Below, in pieces: positions 61,408 through 64,000 of a DNA stretch of 64,000 nt. Under the pieces are notes generated by a model that worked only from the letters and a program-made list of their open reading frames with translations, was not told where the DNA came from and did not search any database. Location of the stretch: the NCBI GenBank assembly GCA_963739465.1, contig CAVUAS010000005.1, forward strand, positions 218,261 through 282,260, read 5' to 3'. A program made the position numbers and the translations under genes. The stretch is from an uncultured Actinomycetota bacterium (GTDB taxonomy: Bacteria > Actinomycetota > Actinomycetes > Mycobacteriales > Pseudonocardiaceae). Positions within the stretch are counted from its first letter, which is position 1; the number at the start of each line of letters is the position of its first letter.

Positions 61408-62325
61408 TCAGCCCGCCGCCCCGTTGATCTTCGACGTGGTGATCGCGCCGGAGGAGACGTTCCACTTGTCGAGGATCGTCTTGTAGGTGCCGTCGGTCAT
61501 CAGGGCCTGCACCGCGCCCTGGATCGCCTGGGCGTACTTGCCGTCGCCCTTCGGGACCGCGATGCCGTACGGCGCGGTGTCGTAGGCGTCGCCTGCGGAT
61601 TCCAGCTGGCCGTTCGTCTTCGCCACCGCGTAGTCGACGACCGGGGAGTCGGCGAGCATCGCCTGCGCCCGCTTGGCCGTGATGGCCAGCGTGACGTCGG
61701 TCTGGGCCTGGAACTGCGAGACGTTGATCGCGGGCTTGCCCGCCTGGGTGCACTTTTCGTTGCGTGCCGTGAGGTCTTCGACCTGCACGGTGCCGCGCTG
61801 CACGGCGACGGTCTTGCCGCACAGGTCGTCGACCTTGATCCCTTCGGGGTTGCCCTTGGGGACGGCCATCTTCGTGCCCGCGGAGAAGTAGGTGACCATG
61901 TCGACCTGCTTCTCCCGCTCGGTGTTGTCGGTGAACGACGACATGCCCAGCTCGTACTTCTTGGCCGCGATGCCCGGCAGGATGCCGTCGAACGCGCTGT
62001 TCTGGAACTCCACCTCCAGCCCGAGCTTCTGGCCGACGGCCTTGCCGAGGTCGACGTCCATGCCGATGATCGTCGTGCCGTCGGCGTCGACGAACTCGTT
62101 GGGCGCGTACGAGGCGTCCGAGCCCACGATGATCTTGCCGTCGGACGCGACGTCCGACGGCACCAGCGCGGCCAGCGCGGCGTCCTTCTGCACGGCCGGG
62201 GCGGGGGCGGCGCTCGTCGCACCGGCCTGGCCGCCGCTGCCACTACTGCCGTTGCCGCCCGCCCCGCAGCCCGCGACCGTGACGGCGAGCAGGGCGATAG
62301 CGAGTGTTCGGGTGCGGACCAACAC
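61408..62325 (-). CDS. Amino-acid ABC transporter substrate-binding lipoprotein
   Basis: VAGC lipobox, YAPNEF, FDGILPG, SSFTDN.ER, PYGIAV. Confidence 0.93.
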   Translation of the reverse strand: MLVRTRTLAIALLAVTVAGCGAGGNGSSGSGGQAGATSAAPAPAVQKDAALAALVPSDVASDGKIIVGSDASYAPNEFVDADGTTIIGMDVDLGKAVGQKLGLEVEFQNSAFDGILPGIAAKKYELGMSSFTDNTEREKQVDMVTYFSAGTKMAVPKGNPEGIKVDDLCGKTVAVQRGTVQVEDLTARNEKCTQAGKPAINVSQFQAQTDVTLAITAKRAQAMLADSPVVDYAVAKTNGQLESAGDAYDTAPYGIAVPKGDGKYAQAIQGAVQALMTDGTYKTILDKWNVSSGAITTSKINGAAG

Positions 62326-62456
62326 GTCGGGTATCTCCTCCGATGACGGGATAGGTATCCGCATGCTGCCACTCGGGTCCCCCAAGCGAGATCACCGTTG
62401 CGTGACGGCCGGGATACGGTGGATCCGACGGGACGTTCCGATATGGAGGTACACCG

Positions 62457-62720
62457 ATGTCGATGGTCAAGAAGTTGGCGGTGTTGGCGGCCGCCGCGGG
62501 GGCGGCGCGGACTTACGCGAAGAAGAACCCCGAGCAGGCGGCCAAGTTCGTCGACCAGGCCGCCGGGTTCGTCGACAAGCAGACGAAGGGCAAGTACTCC
62601 GGACAGATCAGCGGCGCCGCCCAGAAGGCCAAGTCGGCGGCGGGCATCGACCGTTCGGGTCCAGCCACGCCGGGTTCGGCTACGCCCGGTCCGGCCACGC
62701 CTGGTCCCGTCACGCCCTGA
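62457..62720 (+). CDS. Rv0909-like antitoxin-family small protein
   Basis: KFVDQAAGFVDKQTKGKYSGQI; GGAGG RBS; (PATPG)-like tail. Confidence 0.7.
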   Translation: MSMVKKLAVLAAAAGAARTYAKKNPEQAAKFVDQAAGFVDKQTKGKYSGQISGAAQKAKSAAGIDRSGPATPGSATPGPATPGPVTP

Positions 62721-62860
62721 GCCCGTTGCAGCGGCCTTCGGTCGTGCCAGGATGCGCGTAGGGCTGTGTGCGGTCGCCCCGACCGGGCACCGCACACGGC
62801 CGGAAACTGGGCCCGCGCGGCCACGAGCCGGGCGCGTCCGTCGAGCACAGGAGGTCCACA

Positions 62861-64000
62861 GTGTCCGTACCCCAACCCTGGACACCGCAGACCGTGCCCA
62901 ACCCCGAGCACATGGTGGCCGCGCTGCACGCCACCGACGAGGGGGGCGCGGATCTCGTCCAGCTGCTGACACCCGAGGGCGAGCGGGTGCCCGACGAGCG
63001 GTTCGACGCCTATGCCGCCGACGTCGGCGTCGCCGAGCTGCAGGGCCTCTACCGCGACATGGTGCTGGTGCGCCGCTTCGACCGCGAGGCCAACGCCCTC
63101 CAGCGCCAGGGCCAGCTCGGCATCTGGGTGCCGCTCCTGGGCCAGGAGGCCGCGCAGATCGGGGCCGGGCGGGCGCTCGCGCCGCAGGACATGGCGTTCC
63201 CGTCCTACCGCGAGCACGGCGTGGCCTGGTGCCGCGGGATCGACCCCACCGAGCTGCTGGGGATCTTCAAGGGCACCGACCACGGCAGCTGGGACACCCG
63301 CGCCACCGGCTTCCACCTCTACACGATCGTCATCGGCAACCAGTGCCTCAACGCCACCGGCTACGCGATGGGCCAGAAGTTCGAGTCCAAGGTGGGCGAA
63401 GGGCCCGACGCGGAGGCCACCGTCTGCTTCTTCGGCGACGGCGCCACCAGCCAGGGCGACGTCCACGAGGGGTTCGTCTGGGCCGCGGTCTACGACGCGC
63501 CCGTCGTGTTCTACTGCCAGAACAACCAGTGGGCCATCTCCGAGCCCACCGAACGGCAGACCCGGGTGCCCCTCTACAAGCGCGCCCAGGGCTACGGCTT
63601 CCCCGGCATCCGGGTCGACGGCAACGACGTGCTCGCCTGCCTCGCGGTCACCCGCTGGGCGCTGGAGGAGTGCCGCACCGGCAACGGGCCGGTGCTCGTC
63701 GAGGCGTTCACCTACCGGATGGACGCGCACACCACCTCCGATGACCCCACCCGCTACCGCCTCGCCGACGAGCTGGAGCTGTGGAAGCTCAAGGACCCGA
63801 TCGAACGGGTGCGGGTGCACCTCGTCCGGTCGCTCGAGGTGGGGCAGGAGTTCTTCGACGAGATGACAGCCGAGTCCGACGCGCTCGCCGAGCGGTTCCG
63901 CCGGTTCTGCACGGAGATGCCCGCGCCCCCACCGGACCGGATCTTCTCCGAGGTCTACGCGGAGGAGTCGCCGCTGGTGGCGGCCGAGCGGGACGCGTTC
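62861..64000 (+). CDS. pdhA: Pyruvate/branched-chain 2-oxoacid dehydrogenase E1 alpha subunit (runs off the window)
   Basis: Manual translation from GTG after AGGAGG: LQRQGQLG, GQEAAQIG, FPSYREHG, FFGDGATSQGD, CQNNQWAIS, RMDAHTTSDDP. Confidence 0.92.
   Translation, partial: MSVPQPWTPQTVPNPEHMVAALHATDEGGADLVQLLTPEGERVPDERFDAYAADVGVAELQGLYRDMVLVRRFDREANALQRQGQLGIWVPLLGQEAAQIGAGRALAPQDMAFPSYREHGVAWCRGIDPTELLGIFKGTDHGSWDTRATGFHLYTIVIGNQCLNATGYAMGQKFESKVGEGPDAEATVCFFGDGATSQGDVHEGFVWAAVYDAPVVFYCQNNQWAISEPTERQTRVPLYKRAQGYGFPGIRVDGNDVLACLAVTRWALEECRTGNGPVLVEAFTYRMDAHTTSDDPTRYRLADELELWKLKDPIERVRVHLVRSLEVGQEFFDEMTAESDALAERFRRFCTEMPAPPPDRIFSEVYAEESPLVAAERDAF

Noticed and set aside
59777-61822. 681-aa ABC ATPase with a long N-terminal extension
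   Set aside because: The extension overlaps the permease in another frame; the real start is ATG 60538.
1-64000. tRNA, rRNA, riboswitch, prophage or integrase
   Set aside because: None was recognised by eye; a covariance-model search (tRNAscan-SE, Infernal/Rfam) would be needed to exclude small RNAs.

Overview
High-GC actinobacterial chromosomal window, most consistent with a Pseudonocardia-like organism (inferred from gene content and composition only). It is mostly core and accessory metabolism: a methylcrotonyl-CoA-type carboxylase pair with a BkaR-like TetR, ppc, a pxpA/pxpBC operon, an acyl-CoA ligase, map, CoA-transferase plus pcaD, bacterial NO synthase, trmB, GT2/GT4 glycosyltransferases, tldD/tldE, pckG, an MctP-like symporter, an amino-acid ABC importer and a 2-oxoacid dehydrogenase E1 alpha. 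One complete IS1634-like element with CTAG target duplications sits 9 bp upstream of tldD. No CRISPR array, rRNA or tRNA was seen. The strongest candidate novel system is a 56-aa His/Pro/Cys-rich peptide gene followed by a perfect 16-bp stem-loop and an ABC exporter. Other notable items are a 34-unit 9-bp array whose single 10-bp unit frameshifts a DUF2339-like gene, two dispersed repeat families (44-bp palindromes at gene ends; 22-bp-period arrays), a motif-dead SF1 helicase-like protein and a kinase-LLM fusion. Several single-base frameshifts in conserved genes (map, pckG, an oxidoreductase) suggest uncorrected sequencing or assembly indels, so all disruption calls are provisional. Family names come from motif recognition, not database searches.
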